From: a virus
Lineage: Duplodnaviria; Caudoviricetes
Direction: 5' to 3' (one strand)
Virus record (IMG/VR): IMGVR_UViG_3300044297_000213
Coordinates: 1 to 44,746 of that record
DNA: 44,746 nt
A program made the position numbers and the translations under genes. The notes below the pieces were generated by a model. The model searched no databases. It worked only from the letters and a program-made list of their open reading frames with translations, and had not been told where the DNA came from. Shown here one piece after another: positions 1-8,206 of this stretch (its first letter is position 1; each line of letters begins with the position of its first letter).

Positions 1-247
1 ATCGCCGGGCACAACGTTGATGTTTCCGGTATCGATATGGGCGCGCGCATTGTTGCGCACATGCGCAAACTCGGTTCTGAAACCATGACCCAAGCCCAGA
101 CCATCAACGCAATCAACGAGTGGCAAGCCCTAAAAGAATCCATGGACTCGAAATCTGCCCCAGACTTGGCAGAATGTATGCGCGTATTTGCTCGCCACGC
201 AAAATCCCTTTCCGGTGCGATAGCATACGCGGAACATCTGTTTTCTC
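1..247. repeat. Terminal overlap copy 1 (circular assembly overlap)
   Basis: Identical to 44500-44746 except G120 vs A44619; lies inside the helicase gene. Confidence 0.95.
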
Positions 248-417
248 AGTCAGGCGGAACTATCCGGTTTATGACCGGACATAAAGCGAAGGGTCTGGAA
301 TTTGATACCGTATATCACTTAAACCAAGGGCTTTTGTCCAATCGTGGACAGGACCCGAATATAAAATACGTTATCGATACCAGATCAAGAGATTCTCTTA
401 CTTATATCGAGGTATAA
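1..417 (+). CDS. UvrD-like helicase, C-terminal part
   Basis: MTGHKAKGLEFDTV and YVIDTRSR (SF1 motifs V/VI); continuation of the 43513 ORF. Confidence 0.9.
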   Translation: MAGHNVDVSGIDMGARIVAHMRKLGSETMTQAQTINAINEWQALKESMDSKSAPDLAECMRVFARHAKSLSGAIAYAEHLFSQSGGTIRFMTGHKAKGLEFDTVYHLNQGLLSNRGQDPNIKYVIDTRSRDSLTYIEV

Positions 418-420
418 CCC

Positions 421-783
421 ATGCCGCTGTCTAATCAAATCACTGCTTACGAAGACTGCCGTAATCTATTCGATGCGGCAACTGAAGATTCTCTCGGAGC
501 CCGGCTTAAATTCCCAACCTATACCGAGGCACTCTATTTTCGAAATCGAATGAACCAAGCCCGGTCTTTAGAACGCGAAGAATCAAAACGGATATATGAT
601 AAAACCAGCCCGGCATACGGTAAGACCGATTACGACGCCTTTGTTGTTCGTATTCGCGAAGATACCGAAGGGTGGTTTTGGGTTTATGTCGAGCGGCGCG
701 AGACCCTGATCGATAAAATCGAAAAACTCTCTGACTTAGAAGACGATGACGATGACGCCGGAACTAATAAAGAGCTTACTTGA
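421..783 (+). CDS. Hypothetical phage protein
   Basis: 120 aa ORF tightly packed after the helicase. Confidence 0.75.
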   Translation: MPLSNQITAYEDCRNLFDAATEDSLGARLKFPTYTEALYFRNRMNQARSLEREESKRIYDKTSPAYGKTDYDAFVVRIREDTEGWFWVYVERRETLIDKIEKLSDLEDDDDDAGTNKELT

Positions 784-961
784 TCGTGCACAGACCGAAG
801 AAATTGGGTTGGTGCTTGATATTACCAACCCATATCGGGCGCGGAAGTTAATGAATGAGTTCATCTCGGTTAATCGAGGATACTCAAATCTGAAAGTATC
901 CTTGACCTCGCAAAAAGACCAAATCATGATCGAAAAGAAACTTGATGATAGACTGGAGTAA
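746..961 (+). CDS. Hypothetical protein
   Basis: 71 aa, operon packing. Confidence 0.6.
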   Translation: MTMTPELIKSLLDRAQTEEIGLVLDITNPYRARKLMNEFISVNRGYSNLKVSLTSQKDQIMIEKKLDDRLE

Positions 962-964
962 GTC

Positions 965-1300
965 ATGACAGAAGATAATCAAACCTATGAAAGTTATGTA
1001 AAGTATAAAAAAGAACAAGATAAGCTTAAACAAAGTAAACTTGGCTCACTATTTATACGTCTTAAAGTTGCAGCAGCTAACTATCATATTGAAGGCGAAA
1101 AAGATTTTTACTCGGATAAAAGATTTAAAGAATATCAGAATAAATACCAAGAAATTAATGCTGAGATGATAAAAATTATCTTCGAATATGAAAGTCAAAT
1201 TAAGAAACTTCAAGCTCTCGAAGCTGGCGGTGTTGATAATTGGGAATGGTATAGTGAATCTCTGAAAGATTGGTTTAAGGAGCAAGATGATGAAGAGTGA
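965..1300 (+). CDS. Hypothetical phage protein
   Basis: GGAG RBS; C-terminal LEAGGVDNWEWY motif seen in many phage proteins. Confidence 0.7.
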   Translation: MTEDNQTYESYVKYKKEQDKLKQSKLGSLFIRLKVAAANYHIEGEKDFYSDKRFKEYQNKYQEINAEMIKIIFEYESQIKKLQALEAGGVDNWEWYSESLKDWFKEQDDEE

Positions 1301-1487
1301 TCTAGTTGACCTTAAGGTAATGATTCATTCTGAAACTCCAAAAGCATATTTTGTATCTGATACGGGAGATAGAAATGACGCGAAATGGATACCAAAATCA
1401 CAATGTGAAATCTTTGAAGATCCAAACACATATGAAATAACATTAACCATTCCTGTATGGCTGGCTGAAGAAAAAGGATTCATCTGA
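1287..1487 (+). CDS. Conserved small phage protein (ETPKA...WIPKSQ...PVWLAEEKG)
   Basis: AGGAG RBS; motif typical of alphaproteobacterial phage proteins. Confidence 0.75.
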   Translation: MMKSDLVDLKVMIHSETPKAYFVSDTGDRNDAKWIPKSQCEIFEDPNTYEITLTIPVWLAEEKGFI

Positions 1488-1690
1488 TGAACGACCTCGA
1501 TGAACTAATGTCCCGTGATCCACTCTCACTCTCAGATTCTGATATCGATGAAATCATCCGCCTCGACCGGCTAAAACGCGCCAAAAAACTAGCAAAAACC
1601 GAACCAGCAAAATCTGCGATTGATGTATCTTCAATCTTAGATAAATATAACTCCCCCAAAGATACAGGATATGTTAGGAGACGGTCATGA
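1487..1690 (+). CDS. Hypothetical protein
   Basis: Stop/start overlap with the upstream gene. Confidence 0.7.
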   Translation: MNDLDELMSRDPLSLSDSDIDEIIRLDRLKRAKKLAKTEPAKSAIDVSSILDKYNSPKDTGYVRRRS

Positions 1691-1890
1691 ATATTAAAAC
1701 TGAATATTGGCTAAAACCAATTCCAACTGATAAATTCGATTACAGTGCTTATGATATAGACACATATGACGGTTCTGAGGATAGTAATACAAGAAATCAG
1801 ATCGGATACGGTAGAACTGAAATAGAAGCTATAAAAGATCTATTATCTATATTAGAGGAGTATAATGATGAAAAGAATGTCCAAAGCTGA
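1687..1890 (+). CDS. Hypothetical phage protein
   Basis: ATGA overlap, AGGAG RBS; IGYGRTEIEAI motif. Confidence 0.7.
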   Translation: MNIKTEYWLKPIPTDKFDYSAYDIDTYDGSEDSNTRNQIGYGRTEIEAIKDLLSILEEYNDEKNVQS

Positions 1891-2068
1891 GGAAGCTCTA
1901 AATCGCCAAATCAAAGAAATTCAACATCAGGTAGATGAAAAGAATGTTATGATAGAAAGATATACCACAGAAAGAAGTATGTTAATTTCGATTAAAAATC
2001 AACTTATGGAAGCTATGCAAAAATCGCGTCAAGTTCGAGAAGCTGCTTCTGCGAGGAACAAGCCATGA
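1865..2068 (+). CDS. Hypothetical coiled-coil protein
   Basis: GAGGAG RBS, helical composition. Confidence 0.65.
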   Translation: MMKRMSKAEEALNRQIKEIQHQVDEKNVMIERYTTERSMLISIKNQLMEAMQKSRQVREAASARNKP

Positions 2069-3120
2069 CCTCTATTAACCAAGCCCACCTAACCACAGGC
2101 AACCAATCCCCATTCCTTCCCGGCACCAAAATTCAATTCGCATGGGACTCAACCTCCCTCGGTCTCTTTAAAACTTGCCCCCGCCTTTACCAATATACTA
2201 TGATCGACGGTTGGGGTCACTCTGGCGAGTCCATCCACCTTCGTTTTGGCATCGAATACCACCAAGCCCTACAAGAATACGATATTTTACGCGCTGAGGG
2301 AATTTCACATGCCGATGCTATTCGCAACTGCATTAGGAACCTACTCAATCGAACAATGGACTTTAACCCTGAGCCTGACACCAAAGTCGGTAAATATAAA
2401 AATCGAAACACTCTACTATCGCTCGTCCTCGGTTATCTCGATCATTACGAGAACGACCCCGCCGAGACTTATATCATGCAAAACGGAAGGCCCGCGGTTG
2501 AATTGAGCTTTCGATTTGAGCTTGATTGGGGACCGGAAAATAATGAATATAAATGTGTAAATGGGCATGATCTATGCAATAGTATGACTCCAACATCGGA
2601 GTGCCCTTATTGTGAAAAACATCAAAATCAACAACCTTACGTCCTTTGTGGTCATCTTGATCGCGTTGTTAATTTCAATGATCAACTCTTGGTTATGGAT
2701 CATAAAACAACCACAACCACAATCTCCCCGAGTTATTTTGCTCAATGGGAGCCCAATAACCAAATGTCGCTTTATACCATCGCCGGACAAATCGTCCTCG
2801 GCACGCCTATTAAAGGCGTTTGCATTACCGCAGCCCAAATCCTTCTCACCGAACCACCCCGATACGTCAGAGGATTTACGTATCGAACTCCAGATCAAAT
2901 CGAGGAATGGCTCAGTGATCTTCATCAACATCTGTCTCTTGCCGAACATTACGCCAAGCAAGACTACTGGCCTATGAATGACACAGCCTGTGATAAATTC
3001 GGTGGGTGCCGATTTCGCGGAATATGTTCGAAAGATCCAAATGTTCGTGAAGCTTTCTTGAAAGCTGACTTCGAAAAACTTGAGGAGGATAAGCGATGGA
3101 ACCCGCTTCGCAGTCGATAG
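2065..3120 (+). CDS. Cas4/RecB-like PD-(D/E)XK exonuclease
   Basis: TCPR N-terminal Cys, GHLDRV...MDHKT, QMSLY, C-terminal CDKFGGCRFRGIC Fe-S-type cluster. Confidence 0.88.
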   Translation: MTSINQAHLTTGNQSPFLPGTKIQFAWDSTSLGLFKTCPRLYQYTMIDGWGHSGESIHLRFGIEYHQALQEYDILRAEGISHADAIRNCIRNLLNRTMDFNPEPDTKVGKYKNRNTLLSLVLGYLDHYENDPAETYIMQNGRPAVELSFRFELDWGPENNEYKCVNGHDLCNSMTPTSECPYCEKHQNQQPYVLCGHLDRVVNFNDQLLVMDHKTTTTTISPSYFAQWEPNNQMSLYTIAGQIVLGTPIKGVCITAAQILLTEPPRYVRGFTYRTPDQIEEWLSDLHQHLSLAEHYAKQDYWPMNDTACDKFGGCRFRGICSKDPNVREAFLKADFEKLEEDKRWNPLRSR

Positions 3121-3326
3121 CCCACATCGCTACCATCGAACGCATCGAGGAAAAATTCCGCCAGATAAATTGGGCCAAGAACTCAGAAGGACTTACAACA
3201 TATGACTCAATAAGCCTCGGTTGGTATGTGCTATTTGCTGGTGCCTCTGAATCAATTCGGCTTTTCGATGACGAACCAGATTGGAAAGTTGGAGACAAAA
3301 TCAAAATCACCTATCAAAAAGAATAA
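3096..3326 (+). CDS. Hypothetical protein
   Basis: Fills the gap between nuclease and ATPase; GAGGAGG upstream. Confidence 0.55.
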   Translation: MEPASQSIAHIATIERIEEKFRQINWAKNSEGLTTYDSISLGWYVLFAGASESIRLFDDEPDWKVGDKIKITYQKE

Positions 3327-3342
3327 CCATAAGGAACCTCCC

Positions 3343-4197
3343 ATGCCAAGCCTCAGCCAACACCAATCCAACTCCTATACCAAACTCCTTCTCCTTGGCG
3401 ACGCCAAATCCGGTAAAACTGGCTCGCTAGTTTCACTTGTTGCCGCCGGATACAAACTCCGCATCATTGACCTCGATAACCTTCTTGATATCCTCAAGTA
3501 CAAAATCCTCGAAGAATGCCCAGATAAAATCGACAATGTCGAGTTCGTCACCATCCGTGATAAATACAAATCTGGCCCGCAGGGAGCAATCTTAGATGGC
3601 AAACCAAAGGCGTGGATTGAAGTCATTAAGCTATGTGATAATTGGAGATACACCGACGATACTGGAACTACAGTGGACCTCGGAAAACCCGCCCAATGGG
3701 GCACCGATTGTATTCTTGTCATCGACAGTCTATCACGGCTCTGCGACGCAGCCTATGACCACCATGAGTCTATCATCCCACGAGGTAAATCCGGCGATTT
3801 CGACGGGCGAGCAGTGTATGGAAATGCTCAAGATGATGTTGAAAAATTCCTTGCCCTTCTTACTTCCAAATCAATGACAACGAATGTGATCGTAATCGCG
3901 CACGGGATTTATCAAGACCTTCCCGACGGCACGACGAAGATCTTTCCCCAAGGTGTGGGCCAGAAGCTCTCCCCGAAAATTCCGCAATATTTTCCGAATT
4001 ATATTCGGTATAAAAATGTCGGCGGCAAGCGAACTATTCAACTTACCTCTGACCCTATGATCGATCTCGCTACGACAAATCCGTCCGCGTTTGAGGGGAA
4101 ATCACTTCCAATTGAAACTGGGCTTGCAACATTCTTTTCAGCGCTCCGTGACAAGCCTGAAAAGCCAGAATCACTTACAATCAGGAGAACCAGATGA
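3343..4197 (+). CDS. AAA_24/Sak4-like P-loop ATPase (recombination/annealing)
   Basis: GDAKSGKT Walker A, ILVIDSLS Walker B, VIVIAH; start moved to ATG 3343 after an AAGGA RBS. Confidence 0.85.
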   Translation: MPSLSQHQSNSYTKLLLLGDAKSGKTGSLVSLVAAGYKLRIIDLDNLLDILKYKILEECPDKIDNVEFVTIRDKYKSGPQGAILDGKPKAWIEVIKLCDNWRYTDDTGTTVDLGKPAQWGTDCILVIDSLSRLCDAAYDHHESIIPRGKSGDFDGRAVYGNAQDDVEKFLALLTSKSMTTNVIVIAHGIYQDLPDGTTKIFPQGVGQKLSPKIPQYFPNYIRYKNVGGKRTIQLTSDPMIDLATTNPSAFEGKSLPIETGLATFFSALRDKPEKPESLTIRRTR

Positions 4198-4245
4198 CCT
4201 AATATTATCTAAAAGAAAAATGATCACACAACCAAAGGACCAAAC

Positions 4246-4689
4246 ATGTCTTCCCCAAACTTTGCCACCATCCTCGACGAAGCCCCGACCGAAGTCAACC
4301 GTCCTAAACCACTCCCAGTCGGAACATATACCTGTGTTGTCCAGGGTGCGCCGGTTTATGACAAATCTGCCAAGAAACAAACCCCTTACGTTCAATTCAC
4401 TCTCCGTCCGATTTCTGTCGGTGAAGATGTTGATGTGGAAGCTCTTCAAGAAATGGGCGGGATCGAAGGTAAGACTTTTCGAATTACCTTTTATCTCACG
4501 GAAGATTCAGTCTATCGCCTCGATGAGTTTCACCAACATTGTGGCCTCAGTCTCGATGACAAATCCTCACGCCGGAATCGAAATGAGGACATAATGAACG
4601 CGCAGGTTCGCGTTTATCTCAAACACGAAGCTTCCCCTGATGGATCATCGGTTTACGCAACCGTTGCCAAGACCCTACCAGTTGATTGA
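4246..4689 (+). CDS. DUF669-like single-stranded DNA-binding protein
   Basis: PKPLPVGTY motif; canonical Cas4-AAA-SSB gene order. Confidence 0.7.
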   Translation: MSSPNFATILDEAPTEVNRPKPLPVGTYTCVVQGAPVYDKSAKKQTPYVQFTLRPISVGEDVDVEALQEMGGIEGKTFRITFYLTEDSVYRLDEFHQHCGLSLDDKSSRRNRNEDIMNAQVRVYLKHEASPDGSSVYATVAKTLPVD

Positions 4690-4696
4690 TTAACAA

Positions 4697-4726
4697 TTGA
4701 TGGTGGGGCTTAGGTCCCACCATCAA
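4697..4726 (+). promoter_or_regulatory. Intergenic hairpin, core GGTGGGGCTTAGGTCCCACC (copy 1)
   Basis: 13-bp stem, C(UUAG)G loop; identical 20-nt core at 24957-24976 on the minus strand. Confidence 0.75.
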
Positions 4727-4741
4727 CCACAGGAGAAACCC

Positions 4742-5158
4742 ATGGAGTTAAGTCAAATGAACGAAGCCCTCGGTGGAACATTTGTTCCGCAAGAAAAATC
4801 TTCAGATATTGAAAAACAAATTGGTGAACTATTCACACCAATTAATAAGATTCATCGAGATCCAATTAAAACCACAGAAGCTTTGCTTCATGAACGTGGC
4901 AAAACTCACGGAGATTTTTCTGTCCACGCGCAAATCACACAAGATCTCAAAAATATCATGAGATCTGCTTATAAAGTTACTCCAGCCTCTGACGTACCTA
5001 TTAATGCTTGGGCCGGATTGACTAAAACCCAAGCTGAATCGCTCGACATGATCGTGCATAAAATTGGACGTATCATTGCCGGCGATGCGGATTTCCGAGA
5101 TCATTGGGATGATATCGCTGGATATGCGAAGTTGTCGGCGGATCTGTGCTCTAAATGA
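4742..5158 (+). CDS. DUF6378-like phage protein
   Basis: ERGKTHGDF...KIGRI...DHWDDIAGY; start moved to ATG 4742 (AGGAG RBS). Confidence 0.75.
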   Translation: MELSQMNEALGGTFVPQEKSSDIEKQIGELFTPINKIHRDPIKTTEALLHERGKTHGDFSVHAQITQDLKNIMRSAYKVTPASDVPINAWAGLTKTQAESLDMIVHKIGRIIAGDADFRDHWDDIAGYAKLSADLCSK

Positions 5159-6255
5159 AACCCCTATTCATCATCGGCGAGGCCTACGGCGAAGCAGAAG
5201 ATCGAATTAAATCTCCCTTCGTCGGGGCCTCAGGAATGGAACTCCTGAGGCAACTTCATGAAAGTGGAAATATTAGACTTTCCTCGATCGATTGGGACTA
5301 TATCAATCGATTCTATAAAACGTCAGATCCACATATGTTGGAATCAGTTTGGGAATTGCACCCTGAGATTAAACGAACAAACGTATTCAATCTTCGGCCA
5401 GCCAGGAATGATATTGAATATCTGTGTGGAGGAAAATCCGATGGTATTGAGGGTTATCCAGCTTTTATTAAGTCTAAGTATATCCTTGCAAAATACGAAT
5501 CTGAACTGGACCGACTCGCGCAAGAAATTCTTGCCATAGACCCAAACTTAATTGTCTGCCTTGGTAATACTCCACTTTGGGCTTTAGCCGGGCGCGGAGC
5601 GGTTACTAAAATCCGTGGCACCACACTTCTATCCACCCACACCGTCTCCGGTTATAAGCTCCTTCCAACCTACCATCCAACCGCAATCCTTCGTCAATAC
5701 GAAAACCGCCCGACGGCAATCGCCGATTTTATGAAAGCGAAACGTGAAAATGAATACCCCGAAATCCGCCGCCCGCCCCGAGAAATCTGGATTGAACCAT
5801 CACTTGAAGATATCAGAACTTTTAATGAACAATTCATTCGAGGCTGCGACTTACTTTCTGTCGACATTGAAACGGCTGGAGACAGAATCACTTGCATTGG
5901 ATTTGCTCCTTCCCCATCAATTGCAATCGTTATTCCGTTCGATGACGAGCGATCAAAAAGCCGATGCTATTGGGCATCTAGTTCTGATGAAGCTGCGGCT
6001 TGGAAGATTGTACGAAGGATCTTGTCTGACAGCAGCATACCCAAACTTCTCCAAAACGGAGTGTACGACATTGCCTTCCTTTGGCGTGCATACGGAATTA
6101 AAACAATAAACGCAATCCATGATACGATGCTACTTCAACACGCGTTACAGCCCGAAGCATTAAAAGGCCTCGGTTATCTTGGTTCAATATATTCCGACGA
6201 AGGTAGTTGGAAGCATATGCGGAAGAAACATGAGACTGTGAAGAAGGATAATTAA
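5155..6255 (+). CDS. Uracil-DNA-glycosylase-like domain fused to a partial 3'-5' exonuclease (N-terminal half of split DNA polymerase)
   Basis: UDG family-4-like GEAYG...PFVGASG and TYHPTAILR; ExoI SVDIET, ExoII QNGVYD, HDTMLLQH; no ExoIII. Confidence 0.85.
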   Translation: MKPLFIIGEAYGEAEDRIKSPFVGASGMELLRQLHESGNIRLSSIDWDYINRFYKTSDPHMLESVWELHPEIKRTNVFNLRPARNDIEYLCGGKSDGIEGYPAFIKSKYILAKYESELDRLAQEILAIDPNLIVCLGNTPLWALAGRGAVTKIRGTTLLSTHTVSGYKLLPTYHPTAILRQYENRPTAIADFMKAKRENEYPEIRRPPREIWIEPSLEDIRTFNEQFIRGCDLLSVDIETAGDRITCIGFAPSPSIAIVIPFDDERSKSRCYWASSSDEAAAWKIVRRILSDSSIPKLLQNGVYDIAFLWRAYGIKTINAIHDTMLLQHALQPEALKGLGYLGSIYSDEGSWKHMRKKHETVKKDN

Positions 6256-6257
6256 AA

Positions 6258-6461
6258 ATGAAAAAACTAAAATGCAGTTTAACTAATTGTGATCAAATAC
6301 CTGAGATTAATATGACATGGCTTATTCATATAAATGGTGTTGACAATAAACCACAACGCAATGGCGGCAATTTTTGCGGTTCATGCGCGTCTATGATTTA
6401 TGAAAAGATAGCGTTAATTCCAAATGTAGTATCTTCTATTATTTGTGCAGACCCAAAATAA
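6258..6461 (+). CDS. Small Cys-rich hypothetical protein
   Basis: AAGGA RBS; CxxxxC...CxxC. Confidence 0.55.
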   Translation: MKKLKCSLTNCDQIPEINMTWLIHINGVDNKPQRNGGNFCGSCASMIYEKIALIPNVVSSIICADPK

Positions 6462-6473
6462 AGGATAACTAAA

Positions 6474-6710
6474 ATGGATACCGACACCATCCTCCAACGA
6501 TGGAACAATTACCGGGCAGGAGAAGCTATTACAAGTGTTAAGATTAAATCTGACATGATAGAAGTATCAAAATACGGTGCGACCATTTCATATAAAGGAA
6601 AAATTTCCAAAGGAAATAAATATGTTCGATATTGGCGCTTTGAATCTAAAAAAGGTTATTTTAGATTTATTGCAGATTATTGGGATCATCTCGTGGGAGT
6701 TGAGTCTTGA
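6474..6710 (+). CDS. Hypothetical protein
   Basis: AAGGA RBS; its stop overlaps the TTG start of the polymerase. Confidence 0.6.
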   Translation: MDTDTILQRWNNYRAGEAITSVKIKSDMIEVSKYGATISYKGKISKGNKYVRYWRFESKKGYFRFIADYWDHLVGVES

Positions 6711-8206
6711 AAATAATTCAAACCCATAATATGGACCCAGAGTCTCTTTCCATATGGGAGCGTGATCAAGTTTACAATGGCCTCGATTGTTGTGTAACCC
6801 GCGATGTATTCAACGCCCTTGAACCTCAACTCGATAATAATACTTCTGCGACATATGCTTTCTCCCGTGCCCTTCAAGGCCCTACTCTTGAAATGCGTTG
6901 TCGCGGAGTATTAATCGATCAAGAACGTAAGAACCAAGTCATTGATGAATACCAAGACGCAATAGATCGCGTTGAGCACAACCTCGAACGACTGGTTTTT
7001 GAATGTATAGGTATGCCAAGCTTCAATTGGCGCTCACCTGCGGATTTGAAGAAACTATTCTACGAAGAACTTGCGCTACCTGTGATACGAAAAAACGGAG
7101 CCCCGACTACAGATCGCGGAGCTCGTGAGAAACTATCCGTCTATCCTTCCGCTGAGATTTATGTAAATCATATCAACATTCTTTATGACCTCGGTAAGAA
7201 AATCTCAGTCCTCAGAACTGATATCGACCCTGATGGAAGAATCAGAACTTCGTATAACATTGCCGGAACTTCGACCGGCCGGTTTAGTTCTTCCATGTCA
7301 GAATTCGGCACCGGCGGCAATCTTCAAAATATTGAGGAAAGACTTCGTTCAATTCTCATACCAGATCCAGGAATGAAATTCGCAAAATGCGATGCTAAGT
7401 CAGGAGAATCATTTTGTGTTGGCGCTCTTGAATGGAATCTTTTCGATGATCCGCGATTCCTTAATGTATGCGAATCCGGTGATCCCCACACTGCCGTCGC
7501 TCGTATCTGCTGGCCTAATCTCCCATGGACCGGAAACATTAAACATGACAAAAACATCGCCGAAACTCCATACTATCGACATTACACTCATAGATTCATG
7601 TGCAAAAAACTCGGGCACGGATCAAACTACGGGGGTCGCCCAAACACTCTCGCAGAACAATCAAAACTTCCGCTTGAAGTTGTCCGACAATTCCAACCTA
7701 AGTATTTTCAGGCTTTTCCAGCGCACCAAAAATGGCACCAGTGGGTGGAAGATAGACTCAGAGGGGATGGATATCTTATTACGCTACTTGGGCGCAAACG
7801 GTGGTTCTTTGGAAGACGTAATGATCCGGCAACACTCCGAGAAGCTATCGCTTTTGATCCTCAATCCTCCCTCGCTGAAATAGTAAACACCGCATTGCTT
7901 AATATCTGGCGACTTGGCTTAGTCGCTATTGTTATGCATGATCACGACGCCCTGACTTTCATGTACAAGGAAGAAGATGAAGACATAATAATTCCGCAGA
8001 TAATGAAGAACTTAATTGTTCCCGTTGAGCTTAAAAACGGACGTTGGCTTAAAATCCCATATGATTGCAAAGTAGGCTGGAATAAGGGCGACTATGATGA
8101 AGACTCCAACCCGTTCGGGCTCAAAGACTACACAGGCCACGACGACCGGAAACCCCCAAAGAAAGTTGACCTCTTGGATCGAGTCATTTATCGATCAAAC
8201 AAGTAA
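6707..8206 (+). CDS. Family A DNA polymerase (C-terminal half: ExoIII + polymerase domain)
   Basis: YNGLD (ExoIII), TSTGRFSSS, NLQNI, motif A CDAKSGE, motif B RFMCKKLGHGSNYG, motif C HDHDAL; TTG start with GGAG RBS. Confidence 0.9.
   Translation: MKIIQTHNMDPESLSIWERDQVYNGLDCCVTRDVFNALEPQLDNNTSATYAFSRALQGPTLEMRCRGVLIDQERKNQVIDEYQDAIDRVEHNLERLVFECIGMPSFNWRSPADLKKLFYEELALPVIRKNGAPTTDRGAREKLSVYPSAEIYVNHINILYDLGKKISVLRTDIDPDGRIRTSYNIAGTSTGRFSSSMSEFGTGGNLQNIEERLRSILIPDPGMKFAKCDAKSGESFCVGALEWNLFDDPRFLNVCESGDPHTAVARICWPNLPWTGNIKHDKNIAETPYYRHYTHRFMCKKLGHGSNYGGRPNTLAEQSKLPLEVVRQFQPKYFQAFPAHQKWHQWVEDRLRGDGYLITLLGRKRWFFGRRNDPATLREAIAFDPQSSLAEIVNTALLNIWRLGLVAIVMHDHDALTFMYKEEDEDIIIPQIMKNLIVPVELKNGRWLKIPYDCKVGWNKGDYDEDSNPFGLKDYTGHDDRKPPKKVDLLDRVIYRSNK

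Noticed and set aside
1-247. Biological direct terminal repeat
   Set aside because: It falls in the middle of the helicase ORF, as expected for an assembler's circular overlap.
6256-6706. Group I/II intron or intein explaining the polymerase split
   Set aside because: No recognisable intron core, homing endonuclease or intein termini; the interval is filled by two RBS-bearing ORFs and the second half has its own coupled start. Only RT-PCR can fully exclude splicing.
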